Positions 8,936 to 17,398 of a stretch of DNA of 64,000 bases are shown here, in pieces. How positions within the stretch are numbered: the stretch's first letter is position 1; every line of letters starts with the position of its first letter. The stretch comes from Candidatus Omnitrophota bacterium (GTDB lineage Bacteria; Omnitrophota; Gorgyraeia; JABMRN01; RBG-13-46-9). A model generated the notes under the pieces. It did no database searches, was not told the DNA's origin, and was given only the letters and a program-made list of their open reading frames with translations. A program made the position numbers and the translations under genes. Location: contig JBDRHE010000069.1 of assembly GCA_043817155.1 (NCBI GenBank), positions 3,244 to 67,243 on the forward strand. Reading direction: 5' to 3'.

Positions 8936-9376
8936 CGGAAAATTCGAGTGTGCCGAAGCCCCGCCGCATGATTCGCATAGCGGGATCCCGCCATACGAGA
9001 GTAACGGCGGGACAATCTCAGCTTACCCCGTCTTTGCGAGGCACCGTAAAACTCGAGCGTGCCGAAGCCTGCCTGCCCGAAATATACTGGCAGGCCCGCC
9101 TGCCATTTAAAAGCTTTGGCGGGCAGGCAGGCAATCTCGTCGAGCTCGCTTGAGATTGCTTCAGTGCGCTCGTTATATTACGGCACTTCGCAAAGACAGA
9201 CTTAGTAAGATTGCTTCCTCCTTCGCCACATTGCTTTCGCCCTACTTCGCTGAATACTTTACGTGTTCAGCTTCGTAGCGGCAAGCGTGTGGCTACGGAG
9301 AGACGAGTCGGTGCGCTAGCTTTTTACGGCACCTCGGCCTGTTAGATATTCATATCTAACAGGCCTCGCAAAGACG
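8920..9376. mobile_element. Composite MITE-like repeat, family A locus 1
   Basis: Layout: A unit 8920-8959, paired hairpins, second A unit 9029-9068, GC hairpin module 9069-9132, small hairpin, inverted A' 9159-9198, extra segment, then a second A' 9299-9376 carrying a 30-bp palindrome at 9336-9365. Near-identical composite at 12488-12826. Confidence 0.8.
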
Positions 9377-9397
9377 TGTTTTAATTAATGGCAACTC

Positions 9398-9853
9398 TTA
9401 CAGCTTAAGCACAAACTGGTGGATATGAAATCCGCTTACTTCCAGGTCCTCCTTTTCGACGAAACCCATCTTCTTGCAGAGGTTCATCGCCTGCAGCATC
9501 CTGTCGGTTGCCCTAAAAATAATCTCCTCGTATTTCTGAGACCCGCAGAATTCTATTGCATTTTTCAATAGATCCCTACCGAACCCTTTTTGTCTGTATT
9601 TCTCGTCGACAAATAACCTCCTGAGTAACGCGCTCTTATCGGAATCTCTCTTTATCCCCACGGAACCTACGATCTTCCCATCCTCTTCTACAATAAAGAA
9701 CGTGTTGCCCTCACCGCTGTAACTGCCGGAGATATCATTTATATCGGTATCGCGATAAGCGGATTGGTCAAAAGGGTACTCCTTCTCAAGAACAGAAAGA
9801 ATAAGCTCCCTTACGCTTGCGCTGTCTTCGGGTTTATAGACTCTGACTGCCAT
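9398..9853 (-). CDS. GNAT family N-acetyltransferase
   Basis: Acetyl-CoA-binding motif RRLFVDEKYRQKGFGRDLL. Confidence 0.75.
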   Translation of the reverse strand: MAVRVYKPEDSASVRELILSVLEKEYPFDQSAYRDTDINDISGSYSGEGNTFFIVEEDGKIVGSVGIKRDSDKSALLRRLFVDEKYRQKGFGRDLLKNAIEFCGSQKYEEIIFRATDRMLQAMNLCKKMGFVEKEDLEVSGFHIHQFVLKL

Positions 9854-9868
9854 CTGCCACCTCCGTAT

Positions 9869-10279
9869 TCATTCTATAATAACATTCACCGACACTCTTC
9901 GGCTCCTGGGGCCGTCAAATTCGCAGAAATAGATACCCTGCCATCTTCCGAGATGCAAAGACCCGTCTTTTATGAATACCGTTTCCGAAGCGCCGACAAG
10001 AGTCGCCTTTACATGGGCCGGTGAATTGCCTTCGGCGTGAGCATATGAAAGCGTCTCTGGGACCATCTTCTTCATGGCCTTTATAATGTCGCTTATTACG
10101 CCGGGATCGGCGTTTTCGTTAATGGTCACCGCGGCGGTCGTATGGGGAACAAATATAGTGCAAATACCCGACCTTGCCCCTGACGCCTTTATAACATCCT
10201 CAACTTCGCCGGTAATATCGATAAATGCTTCGCGCTGTGTAGTTTTAAGAGAGAACTCTTTTATCATCTTCTTATACAA
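9869..10279 (-). CDS. yjbQ: YjbQ/UPF0047 family protein (secondary thiamine-phosphate synthase-like)
   Basis: 136 aa. GICTIFVPHTTAAVTINENADP is the typical YjbQ core. Confidence 0.7.
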   Translation of the reverse strand: MYKKMIKEFSLKTTQREAFIDITGEVEDVIKASGARSGICTIFVPHTTAAVTINENADPGVISDIIKAMKKMVPETLSYAHAEGNSPAHVKATLVGASETVFIKDGSLHLGRWQGIYFCEFDGPRSRRVSVNVIIE

Positions 10280-11358
10280 TTCTTTACGACATTGTTTATG
10301 ATCGAGTTAGGTACCTGGTCTACAATCCTTACATGCCCTACAGCAGTCGGAAGTATGAACCTGTTCACTCCGTATATAAACTTCTTGTCGTATGAGAGCG
10401 CCGTCATTACATCTTCCAGCTTGATATGCCTTGTGCTGGTCTTCGCGGATATCTTATTTACGAGCGAAAAGATCTTCTCGTAATTCTTCTTTGAAAGCAG
10501 CTCAAGCTTTACTGCTATAAGTGATGCCATGACCATCCCCATCGCCACGGCCTGGCCGTGCGCCATCGAGCCGCGATAACTGGACGCGGTCTCAATGGCG
10601 TGCCCGAGCGTGTGCCCGAAATTCAGTATTGCCCGATGGTCCTTCGTATCGAACTCATCTGTCTCTACGACCCTTGCTTTGATGCTGCAGGATTTGTAGA
10701 TGATATGTTCGATGACCTTTTCATCGAGCGTGAGTATCTGCTTTAAGTTTCTCTCGATATAGGAAAAGAGCTTCTTATCCTTAATGATACCGTACTTGAC
10801 GATCTCGACCAGCCCGTTCTGGATCTCTCTTTTTGGAAGTGTCCTTAGAAAACGTAGGTCACAAAGGACCATCTTTGGCTGATAGAAGTTGCCGACTATA
10901 TTCTTGGCTTCCTTTATATCAATGGCGACCTTGCCGCCGATAGCAGAATCCACCTGGGCGAGAAGGGTCGTTGGTATCTGTATGTACGGCACCCCCCTGC
11001 GATAGGCGCTTGCGACAAATCCTGTCAGATCACCCGTCACCCCTCCGCCAAATGCTATGACAATGGGCCTTGTATTTGTAGCGAAACGGGCGAGTTTCCT
11101 AATAGTTTTGACATAGACCGGGAATGACTTTGCCTTTTCTGTGTCCGGTACCTCGTGGATCATTATCTTTTTGCTTATGGGCCTGAGAGCCTTCTTAAGC
11201 CCTTCCCCGTAATGCGTATTTACCTTGTTATTTGTGACCACAAAGAGCGGGACATCGTGCGGCGTTATCTTTGTCAGGAGCCACAGCTTCTCTATAATGT
11301 TTTTACCAATGTAGATATTGTAGCTTCTCTGGCCCAGATTAACTTTTACGGTCTTCAT
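10264..11358 (-). CDS. aroB: 3-dehydroquinate synthase
   Basis: GGGVTGDLTGF nucleotide-binding loop and HTLGHAIE metal site. The start is moved to the internal Met (MKTVKV). The track's 55-aa N-terminal extension overlaps the upstream gene. Confidence 0.85.
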   Translation of the reverse strand: MKTVKVNLGQRSYNIYIGKNIIEKLWLLTKITPHDVPLFVVTNNKVNTHYGEGLKKALRPISKKIMIHEVPDTEKAKSFPVYVKTIRKLARFATNTRPIVIAFGGGVTGDLTGFVASAYRRGVPYIQIPTTLLAQVDSAIGGKVAIDIKEAKNIVGNFYQPKMVLCDLRFLRTLPKREIQNGLVEIVKYGIIKDKKLFSYIERNLKQILTLDEKVIEHIIYKSCSIKARVVETDEFDTKDHRAILNFGHTLGHAIETASSYRGSMAHGQAVAMGMVMASLIAVKLELLSKKNYEKIFSLVNKISAKTSTRHIKLEDVMTALSYDKKFIYGVNRFILPTAVGHVRIVDQVPNSIINNVVKNCIRR

Positions 11359-11377
11359 CTTTTTTTTAGTCTGCTCT

Positions 11378-11755
11378 TTAGCGCGTATCTTTGTTCGCTC
11401 CCTCTCTATAGCCTTGCGTATAACCCTGCTTATATCCGTTATTGTAACCCTCGTTATAGCCCTGCGAGTACGCGTTTGTAGAATCCATGGTCTGGACGCT
11501 ATCACTGCGATCCACGTGTTCACCGCTTATGGAGTCAAGAAGCGCCCCGCCCACTATGTTAACCCCTGCGCCTGCGAGCGCGCCCTTCCATACGTCCCTG
11601 CCTTTGCCGCCTGAAGCAAGACCGCCGACAACGCCGGAACCTGCGCCAAGGAGCCCTTGTTTCAGAAGATCACTTGAACTCTTATCGGCGCCATAGCATT
11701 CCAGATTTACTGAAAGAAATAGAACCAGAACTACCAGCGATAATGTTCTTATCAT
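11378..11755 (-). CDS. Glycine-zipper (YMGG-like) secreted/lipoprotein-like protein with C-terminal GY/NGY repeats
   Basis: Signal peptide starting MIRTLSLVVLVLF. Gly-zipper GAGSGVVGGLASGG..GALAGAGVNIVGGALL. Confidence 0.45.
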   Translation of the reverse strand: MIRTLSLVVLVLFLSVNLECYGADKSSSDLLKQGLLGAGSGVVGGLASGGKGRDVWKGALAGAGVNIVGGALLDSISGEHVDRSDSVQTMDSTNAYSQGYNEGYNNGYKQGYTQGYREGANKDTR

Positions 11756-11803
11756 GGATACCCCCTTTTTTCTCTCTTCCATTATACACCCATGCACTCA
11801 CTA

Positions 11804-12460
11804 TTACAAAAGTTCTCTCGGGAAACCTATATCCGCAACGATCAGCTCCCCAACAAACTCTTTTGCTCCTTGAACAAGGAGACCTCTTTTTGGCAATCCA
11901 AATGTAACGGTCGTACGGGCCTTTATGCAAGAGCCGTCTGCAACACCTGTTGTTGCGTCAAGACCACTCGGTACATCGATCGCGTATATGGGTATGCCAA
12001 GGCCGTTAATGAACTCTACTACATCGCTTGCCGATTTTCTAAGAACCCCTCTAAAACCGATCCCAAAGATAGCATCTACCATAAAATCGTAGCCTGAAAG
12101 CTTCCTTGAGTCGTGCAAGTCCTCCTTCGTCAGGATATCTCTCACACCAACGCCAAGCGCCATAAGAGCGCTCAGGTTCCTTGCCGGGTCCTCTTTTGTT
12201 ATGGCACGGCTTCTGCCGACAATAAAGACATCCACCTTAACGCCGCTTTCAAACAGGCGCCTGGCGCAAACAAAACCATCTCCCCCGTTATTTCCGGGAC
12301 CGCAAAATATGGCGCCTCTTCCCTTCTTGAAGCTCTTAAGTATCTCATCGGCTACAGCCTGGCCGGCATTCTCCATGAGCGTCGCCCCGGAAATACCGAA
12401 TTCCTCCTGAGCGAGCCTCTCGATCTCGAACATCTCCGCCGCAGTTACCGCTCTCTGCAT
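11804..12460 (-). CDS. nnrE: NAD(P)H-hydrate epimerase (YjeF N-terminal domain)
   Basis: GPGNNGGDGFVCAR motif. 218 aa. Confidence 0.75.
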   Translation of the reverse strand: MQRAVTAAEMFEIERLAQEEFGISGATLMENAGQAVADEILKSFKKGRGAIFCGPGNNGGDGFVCARRLFESGVKVDVFIVGRSRAITKEDPARNLSALMALGVGVRDILTKEDLHDSRKLSGYDFMVDAIFGIGFRGVLRKSASDVVEFINGLGIPIYAIDVPSGLDATTGVADGSCIKARTTVTFGLPKRGLLVQGAKEFVGELIVADIGFPRELL

Positions 12461-12487
12461 GCTGTCGAACCTTTAATTTCCGCTATC

Positions 12488-12826
12488 CGTCTTTGCGAGG
12501 CACCGGAATATTCGAACGTGCCGAAGCCCCGCCGCATGCTTCGCATGGTGGGGTCCCGCCATATGATAATAACCGCGGGACAATCTCAGCTTACCTCGTC
12601 TTTGCGAGGCACCGGAATATTCGAACGTGCCGAAGCCTGCCTGCCCGAAATATACTGGCAGGCCCGCCTGCCATTTAAAAGCTTTGGCGGGCAGGCAGGC
12701 AATCTCAGCGAGCTCGTTTGAGATTGCTTCGGTGCGCTAGCTTTTTACGGCACCTCGCAAAGACGAGGAATGAAACGACCGTTTCGGTTCGCTAACCTTT
12801 TTATGGCACCTCGCAAAGACGAGAAG
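12488..12826. mobile_element. Composite MITE-like repeat, family A locus 2
   Basis: A 12488-12526, hairpins, A 12597-12636, GC module 12637-12700, small hairpin, A' 12727-12766, then GAAACGACCGTTTCGGT hairpin plus a half A' to 12826. Confidence 0.8.
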
Positions 12827-12850
12827 AGGGCCAATTGTTTCGGTCCGTTA

Positions 12851-13171
12851 CTAAGATACCTTACTTCCAACCGTTACCTCTTTTTCCGGAACCAAAATAG
12901 CAAGTTTACCTTCATCCTTGGTCGCGAGTATCATCCCCTGGGACTCAGAGCCTCTTATGGTAGCGGTCTCCAGGTTCATTATTACAACAACCTGTTTACC
13001 GATAAGCTCCTCTTTGGTGTAGTGCTCCTTTATTCCCGCGACGACCTTTCGCGTATCAACGCCTGTTTCAACGGTCACGATGTACAACTTATCTGCGTTC
13101 GGGTGATCCTCGCAAGCTACTACCTTAGCGATACGAATTTCCATGGCCTTAAATTGGTCAAAGGTTACCAT
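12851..13171 (-). CDS. tRNA-binding domain protein (CsaA/YgjH/EMAP-like)
   Basis: MEIRIAKVVACEDHPNADKLYIV... is the typical OB-fold tRNA-binding module. Confidence 0.7.
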   Translation of the reverse strand: MVTFDQFKAMEIRIAKVVACEDHPNADKLYIVTVETGVDTRKVVAGIKEHYTKEELIGKQVVVIMNLETATIRGSESQGMILATKDEGKLAILVPEKEVTVGSKVS

Positions 13172-13315
13172 TGTGCTCCTCCACTTCTATAGTACGTCTC
13201 GTTACGACGGACGATAGATGACGCAAGACGGTCGCTTAGGCATTCAAAGTCTTTCATGACGTTTATCCACGAATCGTCCATCCTCCTTCGTCCATCGTCC
13301 TTCGTAGGTTAGTTC

Positions 13316-13612
13316 TTACTTCTTCTTCTCTTCCTTCTTAGGAGCGGCCTCTTTTGCTGCGCCTTTTGCTTCAGGAGCTGTCTGCGTAGTTACCGCTGCG
13401 CCGTCAGCTGCTACGGCTCCTTCGGCTGCAGGTACCGCCTTCTCCTTCTTGATCTTAAGCTTCACGATCTTCTGCTTTGGCAACCCAAAAACGGACTTAC
13501 CTTCTTCCCACTTCTCCTTTTCCTTAAGCTCCTTTACTCTCTCGTGGCGCTTAAGAACCGAGCGATGAGCCTTCCCTTTCTCCTTTGAACGTAGACTCGA
13601 ATGCTGCGTCAT
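13316..13612 (-). CDS. Small basic Lys-rich protein
   Basis: 98 aa, starts MTQHSSLRSKEKGKAHRSVLKRHERVKELKEK, C-terminal K/A/E-rich tail. Function unknown. Confidence 0.4.
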   Translation of the reverse strand: MTQHSSLRSKEKGKAHRSVLKRHERVKELKEKEKWEEGKSVFGLPKQKIVKLKIKKEKAVPAAEGAVAADGAAVTTQTAPEAKGAAKEAAPKKEEKKK

Positions 13613-13627
13613 TTCATTACCTCCATT

Positions 13628-14230
13628 TTATTTTCTTCTTATAAAACATCCCTTATACTCACCCGCGAACTCTTTTAGCGCCTCCTTGGCCCTATCCATA
13701 TTCCCGTATGTACCAACACATACTTTGTACCAATTGCCCGATGATATTATGGATGTATCAAGACCCTTGGCTTTAAGAGCCCACTGCTCTCTATCCGCCA
13801 GATCCTTCTTCTTGTAAGATATTAGCTGGATCGTATACTGCGTATCAGCGGCCCTATCCGGAATAGGGCGCTCCTCTCTTGCGGGTACGATCTTTTCGGC
13901 CTCAATAGCCGCGGTTTTCATAACTGTTATGGGGCCAAGTTCGATCTCTGTAAACTGTCCCACCTTCTTTACACTAACCACTTCCTCGTTGTTTAAAGTG
14001 TTCTCCTCTATCCCTACAGGACGCGCTATTACTTTTCCACGCTCGACACCAAGCGCAAATGAGACTATCACGGCCATAATAACAATTATAACGGCAAATA
14101 TGATATTCTCGATAGGCAGATTCAGATAGAGTCTCTTCTTTCTCTGCGTTATCTTATCTGCGATCTTTTCGATCCTGCCCTTCTCTTTATTGAATTCGTT
14201 AAAAAGTTCTTTCTGGTATTCTATTGCCAT
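13628..14230 (-). CDS. SPOR-domain (peptidoglycan-binding) membrane protein
   Basis: One TM helix. C-terminal YTIQLISYKKKDLADREQWALKAKGLDTSIISSGNWYKVCVGTYGNMDRAKEAL is a SPOR fold signature. Confidence 0.65.
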   Translation of the reverse strand: MAIEYQKELFNEFNKEKGRIEKIADKITQRKKRLYLNLPIENIIFAVIIVIMAVIVSFALGVERGKVIARPVGIEENTLNNEEVVSVKKVGQFTEIELGPITVMKTAAIEAEKIVPAREERPIPDRAADTQYTIQLISYKKKDLADREQWALKAKGLDTSIISSGNWYKVCVGTYGNMDRAKEALKEFAGEYKGCFIRRK

Positions 14231-14233
14231 CCC

Positions 14234-17200
14234 CTACTCCCAACATATAGAATCGTAAGTGCAGTTGTTGCACTTCTTGTAATCTCTTTCCGGAAGTTTT
14301 TCAAATTCGAGGTCGGATATCTTCTTCCAGGTACGCGATATTACGCCTTCAAGCTCTGCGGTCATTTCGCCTGTGATCTCTACCTTCTTGTCTACATACT
14401 CACCTTTTCTTATGTTGTATTTAAGCACCGCGCTCTTGGTCTGCTCAAGAAAGACCAGGACACCGTGGGTGACAATATATTTTGTACGCTCGTATGTATC
14501 GCGCTCATATAGCATTTTGTAAGCAACCAGCTGTCTTAAATAGTCATCACACTCTTCACTCATCAAGTCGTGCTCGCCGGCCAAGCGCTTCAAATGCGCG
14601 TCCGGTTTGCCGGTCTTATAATCAATCACTCTTATGTGGCCCTTTTTCTCATCTTCGAATTCGATCTTGTCGAACTTGCCCGTAAATACTATCCCGCCTT
14701 TTAACGTAATGATCTTCTTCTTTTCAAGATCGATCGGAAGCACGGGTCTCTTCTTCCTCTCTTTGAACCATCCGGAAAGATCATTGAGCTTTGCAAGACA
14801 TGCTTTTTCGATAGCCTTGTTGACGCCCTGAAGCCTCAGCTCCCTGGTGAATGACTCGCTGAATAACGAGAAGTCTGGAAAACGCCTCTCTTTTTTATAT
14901 ATCCTGTAAGTATCCTCAAGGGCTTTGTGAGTGCAGTTCCCGAATACAAGACTCTGCTTCTTTCGTCCAGGCAAGAGTAGCAGATTATCATACAGGAACC
15001 TGCGTTTGCACTTGAGGTAATTGTTGAGCTTTGTAGGTGTAAGCGTGAAGTTCTTAACAAGATCTCTTAGCACCTCTTTTGAGCTTTTAAAGGGATCTTC
15101 TTTCTCACCCTTCTTGAAAAAATGCTTAAGAGTCTCGATCTCATCGGCCGCTTTCTTCTCTACCGGACCCTTTAGATCATTTAAATAAGAGCTTACGATC
15201 GTATTCTCAGTCGGGCTTGCCGTAAAGAAGAGATCCCTCCTTGCCCTGCTCGATGCAACGTAAAAGAGCCTGGTCTCATCGAAGAAGGAGAGCCGGGCAA
15301 GCTCCTGCTTGCTCTTTACAGACTCTTTCGTTTTCACAACGCTTGGAGGCAGAGGGATCCTTTCTGCAAGATGTTTAAGGGGCCAGCTCTTGTCCTGCAC
15401 ACAGAACGGTATAAAGCAGCTGTGAAATTCAAGCCCTTTCGATGCGTGCGCAGTGATTATTCTAACGCCATCCTGTGTGGCTGTCACAAGCTCGCCCTCT
15501 AGCGGCATTTTATGCGTCCTCATCGTTTCCAGTTCCTCGAGAAATCCCGTAAGCGTAAGGTCCGGTCTCGATAGGGACATATTCTTTACCATATTAATAA
15601 ACGATGTCAGGGCTCTTAGATCTCTTGTCATTAAGATACGACTCTCTTCGTATGTCTTCATAATGAATTTGTAAAGACCGGCGTCTTCAACAAAACCCAT
15701 AAGCAGATCATGTACGGGCCTGGTATCGGCGTCGCGGAGAGCTCTCTGTATAGCCCACGAGGCGCTATGCATCCTATCCGCATTATCCAAAGAGAGCTCC
15801 TTAACAATGCCCAACTTCCTGGTCTGGGGCGGAGTCGGTCTTGCTGAAAGATCATCGATCCGGAAAGCGGTTATGAATTCGCTAAATATATTCGTGCTTC
15901 TCTTTCGCTTCTCTGCATTTACGTAGTTTATGAACTTAAGGATCGTGCGCTGCGGTATGGAGAAGAAATCGCACGAGAGAACCCTGTAGAGCGCTAGATC
16001 CTTTTCCGAGACATCGTCCACCTTCGTTCTCGCAAGCTCCAGAACGTCTATCATCTGCTTTACCCTCTTTTGATGGCTTATATCCTCTTTTCCGTCAGTC
16101 GCATACGGTATACCTTTCCCTAGGAATGAGTCAATAATCTTGAGTATCTGGGACCTCTTTCTTGCGAAGACCGCGATCTGGTTGTACGGTTTGGCCTTCT
16201 CCTCGGAACCTGATCTCTGCGACTTCTCGATCGATCTTTTAACCTCATCGATCATGCTTGTAATATATATTACCTCCTCATCCTCTGTAGACAATTTGGT
16301 GAACTCTATTCTCTTCTGTCCGGAAAGACGCTCACTTCCACTCACAGGCGAATGCTCCTGCGGCACAAGGAACTTGGCAGGATCCATCCTCTCTTTGTCC
16401 GGGATGCTCTTTATTATGCGACTGGATACATCGATTATCTCTCTGGTCGACCTGTAGTTGTTCTTTAGCTTGACCACCCTTATGTCGGGGAACCGTTCTT
16501 TCAATATCTTAAAGTTAGCTACACTCGCCCCCTGGAACCTGTATATAGACTGGTCGTCATCTCCCACGCAGCATAGATTGGGTCTCTTCTCATCACAAAG
16601 CAAAAAGAGGAGTTTTAACTGAGCGCCGTTCGTATCCTGGAACTCGTCTACCATGATGTACTTGTATTTTTCACGTGCGGCCAGGCGTAGCGCGGACTCC
16701 TTCTGGAGTATATTCACCGCTATCATTATCATATCGTCAAAATCGTATCGCCCCCTCTCGTCAAAGACATTCTCGTCAGTACCGGTCTTGAGCTCCTCAT
16801 ACTTTTTGTAAATAAACGCCAGCTCCCTTAGCCTCGCGATATGCTTCTTCTCTACGTGTATCCCATCGGGTTTCACGCTCTCAAGAGCTGAGTTAAATTC
16901 ATCCGGCAATATGCCTTCGTTCTTCAGATCGCTTATTCTCTTAGCTATCTCTTTTATATAAAGATAAGGATAACCAAAGGGCCTGAGCTCCTTTATCTCG
17001 TCTGTAAAATGATCCACAATATATTCGAAGCACTTCACTTTTTCTAGCGCAGAGATCTGTATCCGTTCACGCAGGTGCTCTGTCGCCTCCTCAGAGTCCA
17101 GTATGATAGAATTTGCGAACCCGTGAAATGTCTCAGCCGCTATCTTATAGCCTTCAAATCCAACGATCTTCGCCAGCCTCTCCTTGATAGATTTTGCGCC

Positions 17201-17398
17201 CGCGTTCGTATATGTCAGGATCAGTATATTCTCACCCGGCACGTCTCTCTTTTGCATGATGGACGCCGTCCTTAGCGACAAGAGTTGTGTCTTTCCGGTA
17301 CCGGGCCCCGCCATAACGAGTAACGGGCCATCCAGCTCCATAACCGCAATATTCTGTTCCTTGTTTAGCTTTAAAGCTTGTGTCATATCGATGATCAA
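14234..17398 (-). CDS. UvrD/PcrA-like superfamily-1 helicase fused to a C-terminal PD-(D/E)xK nuclease with a Cys4 (Fe-S-like) cluster
   Basis: N-terminus LLVMAGPGTGKTQLL (Walker A), DEFQDTN motif, C-terminal ..VIDYKTGK.. and final KKCNNCTYDSICWE cysteine cluster. Confidence 0.7.
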   Translation of the reverse strand: MIIDMTQALKLNKEQNIAVMELDGPLLVMAGPGTGKTQLLSLRTASIMQKRDVPGENILILTYTNAGAKSIKERLAKIVGFEGYKIAAETFHGFANSIILDSEEATEHLRERIQISALEKVKCFEYIVDHFTDEIKELRPFGYPYLYIKEIAKRISDLKNEGILPDEFNSALESVKPDGIHVEKKHIARLRELAFIYKKYEELKTGTDENVFDERGRYDFDDMIMIAVNILQKESALRLAAREKYKYIMVDEFQDTNGAQLKLLFLLCDEKRPNLCCVGDDDQSIYRFQGASVANFKILKERFPDIRVVKLKNNYRSTREIIDVSSRIIKSIPDKERMDPAKFLVPQEHSPVSGSERLSGQKRIEFTKLSTEDEEVIYITSMIDEVKRSIEKSQRSGSEEKAKPYNQIAVFARKRSQILKIIDSFLGKGIPYATDGKEDISHQKRVKQMIDVLELARTKVDDVSEKDLALYRVLSCDFFSIPQRTILKFINYVNAEKRKRSTNIFSEFITAFRIDDLSARPTPPQTRKLGIVKELSLDNADRMHSASWAIQRALRDADTRPVHDLLMGFVEDAGLYKFIMKTYEESRILMTRDLRALTSFINMVKNMSLSRPDLTLTGFLEELETMRTHKMPLEGELVTATQDGVRIITAHASKGLEFHSCFIPFCVQDKSWPLKHLAERIPLPPSVVKTKESVKSKQELARLSFFDETRLFYVASSRARRDLFFTASPTENTIVSSYLNDLKGPVEKKAADEIETLKHFFKKGEKEDPFKSSKEVLRDLVKNFTLTPTKLNNYLKCKRRFLYDNLLLLPGRKKQSLVFGNCTHKALEDTYRIYKKERRFPDFSLFSESFTRELRLQGVNKAIEKACLAKLNDLSGWFKERKKRPVLPIDLEKKKIITLKGGIVFTGKFDKIEFEDEKKGHIRVIDYKTGKPDAHLKRLAGEHDLMSEECDDYLRQLVAYKMLYERDTYERTKYIVTHGVLVFLEQTKSAVLKYNIRKGEYVDKKVEITGEMTAELEGVISRTWKKISDLEFEKLPERDYKKCNNCTYDSICWE

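Noticed and set aside
8874-9400. Considered a CRISPR array because of the recurring 40-bp units
   Set aside because: Units occur in both orientations and at irregular spacing. Interiors are shared modules rather than unique spacers. No cas genes in the window.
11359-11523. N-terminal extensions in track calls for aroB (to 11523), pepP-like (to 34183), the UPF0104 protein (to 35934), exeA (from 7019) and pcm (to 55150)
   Set aside because: The track uses TTG/GTG starts. The extensions overlap neighbouring genes, a consensus promoter or a MITE. Canonical family N-termini begin at internal Met residues.
12113-12721. Track ORFs lying inside or across repeat elements: 12113..12721 (202 aa), 8874..9110, 8905..9153, 12493..12678, 31850..32056, 35775..36116, 35785..36210, 35906..36118, 38019..38225, 38144..38356, 49752..49979, 49871..50167
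   Set aside because: Their apparent similarity to one another only reflects DNA-level repeat identity. They run antisense to real genes or across MITE structure. They lack ribosome-binding sites and have low-complexity R/P/S-rich composition.
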